Below, in pieces: positions 52,380 to 64,000 of a stretch of DNA of 64,000 nt (the first letter of the stretch is position 1; the number at the start of each line of letters is the position of its first letter). The DNA is taken from NCBI GenBank assembly GCA_964016885.1, contig OZ024741.1, positions 135,160,001-135,224,000 on the forward strand. Direction: 5' to 3'. Source of the stretch: Eledone cirrhosa (taxonomy: Eukaryota). A program made the position numbers and the translations under genes. Under the pieces are notes generated by a model that was not told the origin of the DNA, searched no databases, and saw only the letters and a list, made by a program, of their open reading frames with translations.

Positions 52380-52825
52380 CATTCATCTTTTTCCATTTCT
52401 CCGAGGGTTATAAACCCCACTATCAGGATAGAAATTTCTTTAGTCTAAAATACGGTGAAAGCTTATAATTTCTAATTTCTAATTTTCAAACTCGCGCAAC
52501 GTTTCAAAAAACATACTTACATGTTTACATTTATAATTTGCTTGTTTATATATATATATATATATAATTTTATATATATATATATATATAATTATATATA
52601 TATATATATATATTTCGTTTCTGAATTTGTTTAGCAAGATTCTTTATCTGAAAACGTGTGTTGAAACCGATATTGTTATACTTTGGGAGGGTCATGTTGC
52701 CAATAAGAAACACATACACCAGGTACTTTTACTCCAATTTATTATAAATTAAATTTATAAATTTAAGAATTTATAAATTTCCGGTTGGTTGGTTGGTTCC
52801 ATAACCGGATGGTTGTTCATATATT

Positions 52826-52868
52826 GTCAAAGTTCTTTCGTCACACATTCTGTGACCTCTTCAGTGAC
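52826..52868 (-). ncRNA. Minimal hammerhead ribozyme in pLTR
   Basis: gtca-CTGAAGA-g gtcaca gaatg tgtgac-GAA-agaact-T-tgac. Confidence 0.7.
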
Positions 52869-53062
52869 TGGGGATTCTTTTCTTTGTTTTGTGCCTCTCC
52901 TTTGTTCTGTCCTACGCCATTTTGTTTTTGTGTGTTGTGTCCTTAGTTTGCGCATGTGTTACATCCGGGTGTCTGTGTGTGTTTTTATTTGTTTATTTAT
53001 TTGTTTATTTACATGTTACTGGTTGGTTGTTTGTTCTATGTGTGTGTGTTTTCATTTTGTCC

Positions 53063-53990
53063 TTAATTGTAAGTTGTCATGTTGCTATTCCATTCATCTT
53101 TTCTATTTAATTTGGGTTGGAGTTCATTTATGTTTATTGCCTCTGTGATTTGTCTAAACATTGTATCTTTTCTGTGTGTAGATTCTATTTTTATTTCTAT
53201 GTTCTCTAATTTTCCCTTATGTTCTATTTTAGCATGTTGGTGGAGTATTGATGATTCTTTTTTATCTTGAAGTTTTCGCCAGTATTCATTTAACCGTTCT
53301 CCTATGCTACGAGCTGTCTCACCTATGTACACTATATTCTTATCTCTACATTGTCCTTCAGTACATCTTATGCTATATACTACATTTCTAGTTTTACAGT
53401 TAATATGGGGGCTTAGTTTACAGATTATGCATTTCTTATCTATACAGGGAGGTCTTTGAAAAGGGTATGTATTGCTAATAAGTGTTTTTTATGGAGGTAC
53501 CTGGTTTTTCTACTATCTTAATATTAAGTTAATGTTTATCTAGGGCCCTTCTAAATTTGTAAGCTAATTCACCTCTAGGGGTTGTATTGATGATCATTAC
53601 ACTCTGGTATTTATTGCTATCATACCATGAGTTTACTCTATTAACCTTATTCCAAGTTCTTTCTATTCTATTCCAAAATTTGCTTCTATTTGCTCCATTT
53701 GCTCCATTAGTATCATTATTTAACATTTTTCCCATTTGGTTCTGGCTCCTCTATATACTCTGATTTTATCTCTCTGATTGTAACCAGAGAACTGCATACG
53801 GTAGATGAAGTGTTGTATGTGTCTCTCTAGTTCTTTGAGGTTGCACATGCGGGACACGTTTCTCATCACCCGTACCAAATCCGCAATCAATATGTTGATT
53901 TTGGTGTGGTCCGAAACAGCTGAGTTTCGGTGGATCAGATATTTGGAAGTCATGGGTTTGGCATAATGGGAATGGAGGATTTGTTCACAT
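53063..53990 (-). pseudogene. PLE RT thumb + GIY-YIG, frameshifted
   Basis: ORF pieces 53720-53990, 53529-53735 and 53063-53332. Confidence 0.82.
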
Positions 53991-54119
53991 CCTCCATTCA
54001 AATCATTCCATTCCCAGAAGCCAGAACCAAATGGGAAAAAATGGGAAATAATGATACAAATGGGACCTGCTCTTGTATAGGAGCAAAGGAGAGGCACAAA
54101 ACAAAGAAAAGAATCCCCA

Positions 54120-54162
54120 ATCACCGAAGAGGTCACAGAATGTGTGACGAAAGAACTTTGAC
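54120..54162 (+). ncRNA. Hammerhead motif in the inverted pLTR (CCGAAGA core)
   Basis: Mirror of 52826 with a U4C change. Confidence 0.6.
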
Positions 54163-54554
54163 AATATATGAACAACTGTCCGGTTATGGAACCAACCAGC
54201 CAACCGAAATTTATAAATTCTTAAATTTATAAATTTAATTTATAATAAATTGGAGTGAAAGCAACTGGTACGTGTGTTTCTTATTGGCAACATGACCCTC
54301 CCAAAGCATAATAATATATATATATATATATATACTCGAAGGCGGTCAGCCAAAGTGACATCAACTGGCCCTCTTGATCGCCTTCGAGTCAAAAACGTTT
54401 TTCCTGTTTTTTTTTCCTACATGATACTTATAAAAGTGTATGTACGTTCCTCTTTGTTTATATATATATATATATATTTACACATTATATATATATATAT
54501 ATATATTATAAAATAACCGGAGGCTGGACTGGGGTAATTCCTTAAAGGTTTATT

Positions 54555-54612
54555 ATACTATGATCATTTCAATGACCGGGTTCAGTATGAATCCGGTGAC
54601 ATCATCAGGTAT
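54555..54612 (-). ncRNA. Type I hammerhead ribozyme, related to 10460
   Basis: atac-CTGATGA-tgtc accgg attcatactgaac ccggt catt-GAA-atgatcat-A-gtat. Confidence 0.8.
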
Positions 54613-54715
54613 TCGAAATTTAACAAAGGAATATAATCCATGGAGCTGAAAAGGCAGAGACAAGAAGGCGGCCACACATTTAGCAGTTTCTAGTTCGGTC
54701 GGCTGCTTTCAAGTG

Positions 54716-54751
<36 letters not shown>

Positions 54752-54784
54752 AGTATGTTTTGAAATATATATATATATATTTGA

Positions 54785-54821
<37 letters not shown>

Positions 54822-55070
54822 ATATGAAAATAGAGAAATTAATGTGAGCAAGTAGCCAACAGTATTTCATAATATATAAGTGACTATAACGTCAAAATGG
54901 AAAATATTTAACGTAAGATATGGGAAAATAATTCAAACTCAATTAAAAAAAAATCAAGACAGATATTTTATCCACAGATTTTGTGAAATCCAGGGAAAAA
55001 AACCAATAGAGTCTTAACTCAATAAAATAAAGTTTAAATACTCATCCTTCAATTTTGAAAAACTACAAAT

Positions 55071-55151
55071 GCTCTATATAGTCTTAAAAAGACTATTTCA
55101 CGAAACTTTTCAGTGGGATTAGTCACGGTTGGAACCGTTCATCAGTAGAGC
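55071..55151 (-). ncRNA. Type I hammerhead ribozyme with full stem III
   Basis: gctcta-CTGATGA-acg...cgt-GAA-atagtc tttttaa gactat-A-tagagc. Confidence 0.78.
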
Positions 55152-55338
55152 TCAACACGATAACCAAAACCACTGCTAAAATATGCCAGAAAGGGAATTT
55201 AAAAGCAGGCTAGTTCACCTCGTGCGGAATTATGAAAATAAAACACACATGGAGAACAAGGCTGGTGACGTCAGAATGAGACGAATGTCTGTTTACAAGA
55301 AACAGCAGTCAAAACATTCCGAAAAAATACATACATAT

Positions 55339-55730
55339 ATGCAAGTGACGAAATGCGGGGACCCTAGATGTGGAACCTGTGAACTCATCGAAGAGGGCAA
55401 ACAGTTGTCCTTCAAAAACCATGTTAATTTCAATTTCAATGCTAACATGAACTGCAAAACGAAAAACCTAATATATTGCGCAACATGTCCACAGTGTAAA
55501 TTGGGGAAACCGGAACGGGATTACATGATAGAGTCCGGGTACATAAACAACAAATTAAAGACCCCACAGTCAGAAATACCACATGTAGCGCACACTTTGC
55601 CACATGCGGGAAGGGAAAATTCACAATCTTCCATTTCTTCAAGATATGGTCGGATAACAAACATTTCCGCAGATATAAAGAAGAATTCTTCATTGAAAAA
55701 TTTAAACCACGACTGAACACGAAAAAATGA
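55339..55730 (+). pseudogene. Neptune-like PLE GIY-YIG fragment
   Basis: VTKCGDPRCGTC, NCKTKNLIYCATC, frameshift, then GETGTGLHDRVRVHKQQI...FIEKFKPRLN; homologous to the C-terminus of the 11964 ORF. Confidence 0.87.
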
Positions 55731-55814
55731 ATTAACACTCGGAGGTAAAATTCCATTTCACTACCCCCCCCTCTTCTTATGTATACACATGAATATCTGA
55801 GTGAACGGTGAGAC

Positions 55815-56025
55815 ACACACATATATGTGTGTAGGTATGTATGGATGTATGTACGTGTGGGTATATATGTATGTGGGTGTGTGTATGTGTGTGTGTGTGT
55901 ATATATATATGTATGGATGTGTGCATGTTTGTATGTGTGTGTGTGTATATATATATATATGTGTATGTGTGTAGGTGTGTATATATATGTATATGTATAT
56001 GTATGTATGTGTATGTTTGTATATA

Positions 56026-56065
<40 letters not shown>

Positions 56066-56219
56066 TGGATATATATGTTTATATGTGTGTGTATGTATAT
56101 GTATGTACCTATATATATGTGTGTGTGTGTATGTATGTGCATATATGTATATATGTGTGCACATGTGTGTATGTTTCTGTATGTGTATATGTATGTATGT
56201 ATGTAGATGTATGTGTATA

Positions 56220-56262
<43 letters not shown>

Positions 56263-56850
56263 ATATGTGTTTTTATGTGCTCGTGTGTACACATATATAT
56301 ATGTATATATGTATGTGTGTATGTATGTGTGGGTATGTGTATATATATGTATATATATATATATGTGTATGTGTGTGTGTGTATGCCTCTCTCTATATAT
56401 GTATATATATATATATGTTTGTATGTGTGTGTGTGTGTGTGTACACGTGTGTGTGTGTGTATGTGTGCGTGTATGTGTATATATGTATATTAAGTTATGT
56501 ATCTTTATGTGTGTATATGTATGTATGAGTATGTATGTATGTGTATGTATATGTATATATATATATATATGTGTGTGTATATATGTGTATGTGTGTGTAT
56601 ATGTATATGTATGTGTATATATATATGTATGTATATATATATATATATATATATATACCCATGTGGAGGTATGAGTACATATTCGTGTGTGTACGTATGT
56701 GTATATGTGTTTTTATATGTGTCTCTATATGTTTTTGTGTATGTATGTGGATGTATTTGTACATGGGTGTGTGATTGATGGTGTGTGCCTATATATTCAT
56801 ACATATGCCCGTGTGTGTATGTACGTATATACGCACATATGTGTGTGTTG
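55815..56850. repeat. Compound TG/TA microsatellite
   Basis: Direct read. Confidence 0.95.
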
Positions 56851-56869
56851 AACAAAGGACTAATTTTGG

Positions 56870-57493
56870 GATGGACGTAGAAAAATTCTTCAGAAAAAAA
56901 TAAAAAAATAATTATTTACAAACTTAGCAGGTGCGATTTGCCTGTGACCATTCTCAACACAAAAGGAATACTAAAAGTTTTTTTCCCCTGAATAAAGGAA
57001 TTTTTCGAGAATGACCGGGGCAGGCCGCACTTTCTACATTTCTCCCCACCCAACCCTACTCACCGTCTCAACTCACTACTGCTATTAACACTTTTTCAAC
57101 ACACCTACACCCATGCACTTATTATAGGGGAGAAAAGAAACCCCCACCACACCACAGACATGTTAAATCCCTATATATAGAACAACACACCACATACACA
57201 TCAGTTTGACAAGCGCACCTCAGCGTGAAAGGTCGTTCTAAAAACGAAACAATACCTCCTACGTTAACCAAGAACTCCTAAGACCTAACCAACAACCAAC
57301 AACTTAATTTATAAAATAATTTTTTTTAAGAAAAAAAAAAAAAAAAAAAAAAAAAATTTTTTTCTAATCCGGAAAAAAATTCTTTTTGGATTTTGTGAAG
57401 AAAATAAATTTGTTGAAAGCACAAGTGAAGCCATTTTTTCTTCCCCCCTGTCTTAATATACCTAACTGTACCAAGGATTACACACATTTTCCA

Positions 57494-57495
<2 letters not shown>
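56870..57495 (+). mobile_element. Unclassified repeat related to 27546-28105
   Basis: Shared internal and terminal blocks. Confidence 0.5.
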
Positions 57496-57526
<31 letters not shown>

Positions 57527-57681
57527 TAAACTCACACAGAAGCGTACATACACTTTTGTCGATATCATGTAGTATATGTTCATGTGCGTGTACCTTTATT
57601 AAATACGTATTTGTGTTATATACCTACAGATAGATTCGCATAAAGCACAGTCGATGTGAACCTTAATTTGTAATTATTATA

Positions 57682-57989
57682 TGAGTTCAAATCCCGCCGA
57701 GGTTAACTTTACCTTTCATCCTTACGGGGTCGATAAAATAAAGTACCAGTCACGCACTGGGGTCGATTTAATCGACTTTCTCCTCCCCCAAAATTGCTGG
57801 CATTGTGCCTATATAAGAAACAATTATATGATGGCGGTGGATTGGCATAGTTATGTACCTTTATGGTCTGAGGTCAAATCCCATCTAGGTTAACTTTGCA
57901 TTTCATCCTTACAGGGTCGATAAAATAAAGTACCAGTCATGAACTTGGTAATTGCTGGCCTTGTGCCAAAAGTAGAAACAATTATTATT
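57682..57989 (+). mobile_element. Two tandem SINE family A copies
   Basis: gagttcaaatcccgccgagg at 57683; second head ggcggtggattggca at 57833. Confidence 0.85.
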
Positions 57990-58081
57990 AACTATGAAAA
58001 GAACTCAAGAGTTCTATCTATTGCAGTTCAATGTATATATGTCGCTCTCTCTCAACCTCTCCTTCTGTCTCTCGCTCTCTT

Positions 58082-58113
<32 letters not shown>

Positions 58114-58263
58114 CAAACATAGATACATACATACATACACACACACGCATATATATATATGTATATAAATATATACATATATATATGTATATATGTGTAT
58201 GTATGTATGTAAGATTGTATGTATGCATGCATGGATGTATGTATCTATGTTTGTATGTATGTA

Positions 58264-58319
<56 letters not shown>

Positions 58320-58333
58320 TATATGTATATGTA

Positions 58334-58374
<41 letters not shown>

Positions 58375-59939
58375 CTGTCAATCACACTTAACGATTGTTT
58401 ATTTATTCATTCCTTTCATAGATATATTGAAATATGCACTCTTGTCACTTGAGTCGAGTTTTAAAAATCGTTAATCTGCATTCATGTAAGAATCCATTTA
58501 ATAGCACTAAATAAGTTTAGTGGACTATATAATTTCGGACGGTATGCTTTGATCTGATTAACACAAAAGCCCTCTCTAAGACATTTACTTAGCAAACACC
58601 ATGAAAATTACCGTATTACAAATTTACTCGGCGCAATTTATTCAAAGTCTCTGTAATTCCTGATTCAGTTTGTAATTCTGTTCTTCGAGTAATGTAATCC
58701 TTTTAAAAGCGGCATTAGAAGTTTGCTACCAATCACCTGACATGAGCAGTACATTCAATTTTAGTGCTAGTGGTGCATTTAATAATATAAAACTATTGGC
58801 TCCAGGTTTAAAGTCAATGGCTTTATATAGTCTAGTGTGTCTTGTTGATGCTTCTAATAATTAGTATAACACTCTCGATTTTATAGCAATCTTGATCTTA
58901 ATTGTAATTCGAGGTCCGCTTAATTAATTTCAGGCCTGGACATCATTATTGAGAGAATTTCATAATTATTTCGAATTGTATTTAATGAATATTCAATAAA
59001 TACTTAAGAACAAGTAATCATAGAACTCTCAATATAGAAATAGCTTATAGAAATAAATATTTTGGTATGGTATTGAACCATAAAATCTGCTGACGACCTT
59101 ATATAAAATAGGAGACATCAAAGATATGCAAGGTATATCCCAAAGAAAGGATACGGATATTTTATTTCAATGTATATTAGACGTACGAGAAATTACAAGT
59201 TATCTCCTTCACAAATGACCCTTGGGAAATCACACAGTAGTTCCAATCTTTTTTTTCCATTGCTCGCAGCAGTACATGAAATTATTTTCTGTGAGTGTCC
59301 TTAGCTCATCGGTTACACATTTTTGTATGTTTTCTATAGTCTAAAAATGGGAAGAGGTAGAAAGCACGTATTACAGATTTTAGGGAGAAACAAGGCCCAT
59401 TCTAGATTACAAAGCGTTACACGCTACGTATTATTTAATGGGAATGAAGGCGCATAGCTTAGTGGTTAGGGCACTGGGCTCACGGCCATACAGTCGTGTA
59501 TTCGATTTTCGGATTGGGTGGTGCGTTGTATTCTAGAGCAAGACATTTTATTTCAAGTTGCTTCAGTCTGTAAAATTGATTGGTTCTAAAACTAGTGCCA
59601 AGTTGTATCAGCTCTACCTACCGAGTTCCAGCAGAAGCCTTTACATACATATGTATACAGTTATATTGGAGCGAACACCTTAATTTTATTTCTTGTTCAG
59701 GCCGACCCAGCCTACAGCTCCGTATGCAAAGAGGCTACTCAGCGTTAAAACTATATGTTTGCGCCTATTTTAGTTCCAGTATGAAGTGAGGTAAAGGGGT
59801 ATGTTACTTTGACGATACCAATATATACCAGAAACAACTGTCTTTAACTTCTGAGAGCTAGTGACGTTGCGAGAGCTAGATCCGAACTCTAGCTAGAACG
59901 AGAGCTAGATCCGAACTCGGCCGCCGGGGTCCTGAATCT

Positions 59940-60037
<98 letters not shown>

Positions 60038-60118
60038 TATATATATATATATTCAATACTGCAAAAAAATAATAATGAAATACTACACTATAATAACCTA
60101 TTATATATATATATAAAA

Positions 60119-60147
60119 GTTTCGGACACTAGTCCTTCATCAGAAGA
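60119..60147 (-). ncRNA. M3 hammerhead truncated after GAAAC
   Basis: tctt-CTGATGA-aggactagtgtcc-GAAAC, then runs into A/T. Confidence 0.55.
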
Positions 60148-60519
60148 TAGAATGGGAAATAAAATATGAAATATATAAAATGAGACGAGAAAGGAACCGG
60201 AAAAAATGTTTCTTTGAGAAAAAACACGGGTATACTCAGTCAGTCATTTGGTATGTATAGAGTGGATGTATATAGTAGCGATGAATCTGGAACCAAGCCC
60301 CATCAACTTTTGCGTTTCCATTGGACAACTTCGGTGTCATGGAGAAGTGAGGCTTGCAAGCCAGTCTTCTACAAAAGCAATCCATCTATGCGTGTGTCCC
60401 ACGGATGCAACCCCATGGTCAGTCAATCAGTCGTGGGTGTATGAATGCAAGTGATTCTTTCGATCTGGCGATCGGCTCCTTTTCATAGTACATACAATTG
60501 TAATACTTGTCTATATAGG

Positions 60520-60676
60520 TTGGGGAATTGGCAGAATTGGTAGAGCATCGGATAATTTACCTTTCATCCTTTCGGGGTCGATAAAATAAGAAACCAGTCA
60601 AATGCTGTGTTTGATAAAATCAATTCTGCCCTTCCCCTAAACTTGCTGGCCTTGTGCCTAAATTAGAAATCAATAT
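60520..60676 (+). mobile_element. SINE family A variant
   Basis: ttggcagaattggtagagcatcgg...cctttcatcctttcggggtcgataaaata...tgctggccttgtgcctaaattagaaa. Confidence 0.75.
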
Positions 60677-61029
60677 TTGCGTATATAATTTGTATTAGGC
60701 AGTGTACAGCATAGAGTATATTTATGTCTAAACGGTGTATACATGGGTTAATATAACAGTAAATGAAAAAAGAAACGGATAGGAATAAATTAATAAGTTG
60801 AAAACAAACGTGTAATATCTAAGTTGAACTGGTTATGAAAATGTATTTATGAAGTTTTCTACAGACTTATTGTTCATGTTTTATTTTCTATTTGTATTTT
60901 GTTCCTTGTGTGAAATAGAAGATAAAAAAATCGAAATACCATTTTTTTAATGAATAAAAAATATATATATATTTGAGGACTCTGCCCCCACCACCCTCTC
61001 AGGAATATGTGGACGAAGAAGAAGAGAAG

Positions 61030-61105
<76 letters not shown>

Positions 61106-61508
61106 ATGTGTGTGTGTGTGTATGTTTTGTTTTCAAGGCAATAAATATGTTAATGTAATATGCAAACAACTGTAAGATGTAGATATTTTAAAAATAAATA
61201 TACCACTTGTCAGATGAAATATAGTAATCGTTATATCTTATGTGAAGGTTATTACAGGCACAGACTATATTAATAAACATGTATACGGACTCACAAGGCG
61301 GCCAATTGTTAGAGTTGCTAGAACGTCGGATAGAATTCTTAGCGGTATTTCTTTCGACTCTCTTAGTTCAAATCCCGCCGAGATCAACTTTGTCTTTCAT
61401 CCATTCGAGGTCGATTAAAAAAAGTATCAGTCTCGTACTAAGATCAATTTTTCCTTTATATATATATATATCTCACTTTTATTCTCTCACTCTCTTTATA
61501 CTTCCCAG

Positions 61509-61689
61509 GAAGAAATCAGCTATATTCAGACCTGGAGAGGAGATGAGCTCCGCCAGCTTTAAAAATGCCCTAGAAATGCCGTATGTCGAACTGCGCTCCT
61601 ACGACTCCCCGAGGAGTTACGGGACCATACATGCAGATAGACTTACATATACAGTATTTTATATAATAATTTTACAGTATTTTGTATAA
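61509..61689 (+). CDS. Candidate host exon (72-bp internal exon to 61580, or terminal exon); product unknown
   Basis: Polypyrimidine tract + cccag acceptor at 61508; possible donor CC|GTATGT at 61581; raised GC; open frame KKSAIFRPGEEMSSASFKNALEMPYVELRSYDSPRSYGTI; no recognised homology. Confidence 0.25.
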
Positions 61690-62487
61690 TAAACATGCAT
61701 ATAGTCTTACTTTGAATATTTACAGCTGTAAATATATCACAACCACCTCAGTACTGGTGTTAGAGCAATGCATACGTGTACATATAGTCTTGCTGTGAGT
61801 ATTTTATTTTGTGAACATATAACAGCTACTTGAGTACTGTTGTATATTGCTGTATACATCTATACCAGGATTCTTTATTCACCATCACGGACGCTTACTA
61901 CTCTAAGATAAGACTGGAAAATTATTTTTCTGGGAAGCCTATTTATATACAATGCAAGCTTGACTAATATGAATTGACGATAGCACTAACGCAGCGTGAT
62001 TCAGAATAAAGGCATATATTAGCCTATCTAGAATATTTTTATGTATAATAAACATACATATAGCTTCATATATAGTTTGTTTACAAAATCTATTAGTGAT
62101 ATCGCTAGCACAGTATATTATACAGGTGGTTAGTTTTTATGTTGCATCTATTAGCAACGCAACCATTTTGATTTTTCACCTGTGAAATTGCAGGTATTAA
62201 ATAGGACCATTAACTGCGTCAATATCCTCATTGTAGGAGAATCTGCGAAAGCTCGCCACCGTCTCTTCTTTCAGACGGCTTCATTCTTTATAAAAAAGCA
62301 CATTTCATTCATATAATTTCTACACCCACCCACGAAAAAAGTGTTCATTTATAGTATTGTAACTATGACTAGTGCATGTAGAACCTAGATTTCTACTTTA
62401 CTAACTTGAACAAAGAAGATTTCTGTATGACTCCCACTATCATTTGTCAATGAAATCAAAATACATAGTTAATACATTTTCGTCCCT

Positions 62488-63524
62488 ATTTGTGATATGT
62501 ATGTGCCTGTGTGAATGTGTGTGAAATTGTGATATGCATGTAAATGTGTGTGTATTTGTGATATGTATGTGCCTGTGTGAATGTGTGTGTGTGTGTGTTT
62601 GCGTATTTGTGATATGCATGTGCCTGTGTGAATGTGTGTGTGTGTTTGTATAATTGTGATATGCATGTGCCTGTGTGAATGTGTGTGTGTTTGTGTATTT
62701 GTGATATGCATGTGCCTGTGTGAATGTGTGTGTGTGTTTGTGTAATTGTGATATGCATGTGCCTGTGTGAATGTGTGTGTGTGTTTGTGTAATTGTGATA
62801 TGCATGTGCCTGTGTGAATGTGTGTGTGTGTTTGTGTAATTGTGATATGCATGTGCCTGTGTGAATGTGTGTGTGTTTGTGTATTTGTGATATGCATGTG
62901 CCTGTGTGAATGTGTGTGTGTGTTTGTGTAATTGTGATATGCATGTGCCTGTGTGAATGTGTGTGTGTTTGTGTATTTGTGATATGCATGTGCCTGTGTG
63001 AATGTGTGTGTGTGTTTGTGTAATTGTGATATGCATGTGCCTGTGTGAATGTGTGTGTGTGTTTGTGTAATTGTGATATGCATGTGCCTGTGTGAATGTG
63101 TGTGTGTGTTTGTGTAATTGTGATATGCATGTGCCTGTGTGAATGTGTGTGTGTGTTTGTGTAATTGTGATATGCATGTGCCTGTGTGAATGTGTGTGTG
63201 TGTTTGTGTAATTGTGATATGCATGTGCCTGTGTGAATGTGTGTGTGTGTTTGTGTAATTGTGATATGCATGTGCCTGTGTGAATGTGTGTGTGTTTGTG
63301 TATTTGTGATATGCATGTGCCTGTGTGAATGTGTGTGTGTGTTTGTGTATTTGTGATATACATGTGCCTGTGTGTGTGTTTGTGTATTTGTGATATGCAT
63401 GTGCCTGTGTGAATGTGTGTGTGGGGTGTATTTGTGATATGCATGTGCCTGTGTGAATGTGTGTGTGTTTGTGTATTTGTGATATGCATGTGCCTGTGTG
63501 AATGTGTGTGTGGGGTGTATTTGT
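62488..63524. repeat. Homogeneous minisatellite, ~45-47-bp unit, about 22 copies
   Basis: ttgtgatatgcatgtgcctgtgtgaat(gt)n ttgtgta. Confidence 0.95.
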
Positions 63525-63579
63525 GCGATATTATGTGTGTACCTTTTCTATTTGAGAACATTTGTGTGAGTGTGAATAT

Positions 63580-63910
63580 GTTGGCCGAATAATTAAGAAA
63601 TTCGCTACATAACCATAACATCCGAGGTTTGATCCCACTGTTTGACATCACGCGGAAAGGGTATTTATCATTACTCCAGTTTGACTCATACATCGTGAGG
63701 AAAATTGGACAGATGGAAACTGTATGGAAGCCCATCGAATGGACTGTACCTCTAATTTATAGGCCCAGTCTTGTTAAACACTGTCACGCCCAATCTTCTA
63801 GATAATTATATTAAAAGTCCACGTGTCTGTGAAATGCTCAGCCACTTTCGTTATAATTTTACGAGCAGGGAGTTTCGTTGATAGAACAACTGGAACACTC
63901 ATTGTTCAAT
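63580..63910 (+). mobile_element. Diverged SINE (family B/C-like head and body)
   Basis: cgaggtttgatcccactg, cagatggaaactgtatggaagccc, cacgtgtctgtgaaatgctcagccact. Confidence 0.45.
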
Positions 63911-64000
63911 CGGATATAGTGTTATTTCATTTGATATCCGTGATAAAACGCTATTATCATGTCCGCTAATATCAAATTTTGAAGGTTTTCAAGCCTAACA

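Larger units (their letters stand above)
52683..54305 (-). mobile_element. 5'-truncated PLE (Nematis-like) with inverted pLTR arms
   Basis: Arms ~52683-52903 and ~54086-54305 are reverse complements; minus-strand HYAKPMTSKYLIHRNSA, FSGY, TPRGELA, CxxxxCxxC, VVYSIRC, YIGETARS. Confidence 0.87.

Noticed and set aside
62440-63735. 431-aa His/Thr/Cys-rich ORF
   Set aside because: Stop-free reading of the minisatellite, open in all three minus frames

Overview
Eukaryotic, very AT-rich, microsatellite-saturated intergenic or intronic DNA. The SINE families and (TA)n/(CA)n density suggest an octopus-like cephalopod, which is an inference. No host gene is recognisable apart from two weak candidate exons near 59.7 and 61.5 kb, and most listed ORFs are microsatellite artefacts. 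The window is a nested pile of retroelements: five Penelope-like element (PLE) copies or fragments (Neptune-, Hydra- and Nematis-like), CR1/L2-type, RTE and HERO-like LINE remnants, an internally deleted mariner with about 100-bp TIRs, and three tRNA-related SINE families. The main result, read by eye from both strands, is about 25 type-I hammerhead ribozyme (HHR) motifs in 64 kb. They sit in PLE pseudo-LTRs and in ORF-less 0.3-0.7 kb mini-elements that copy the PLE tandem/inverted architecture and insert in (TA)n tracts. Many have palindromic stem III, long stem II insertions, family-fixed core variants or fold-back sense/antisense pairs. One HERO-like 3' UTR has HHR core motifs in a permuted, pseudoknot-like order. 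All structures are manual predictions and are untested.
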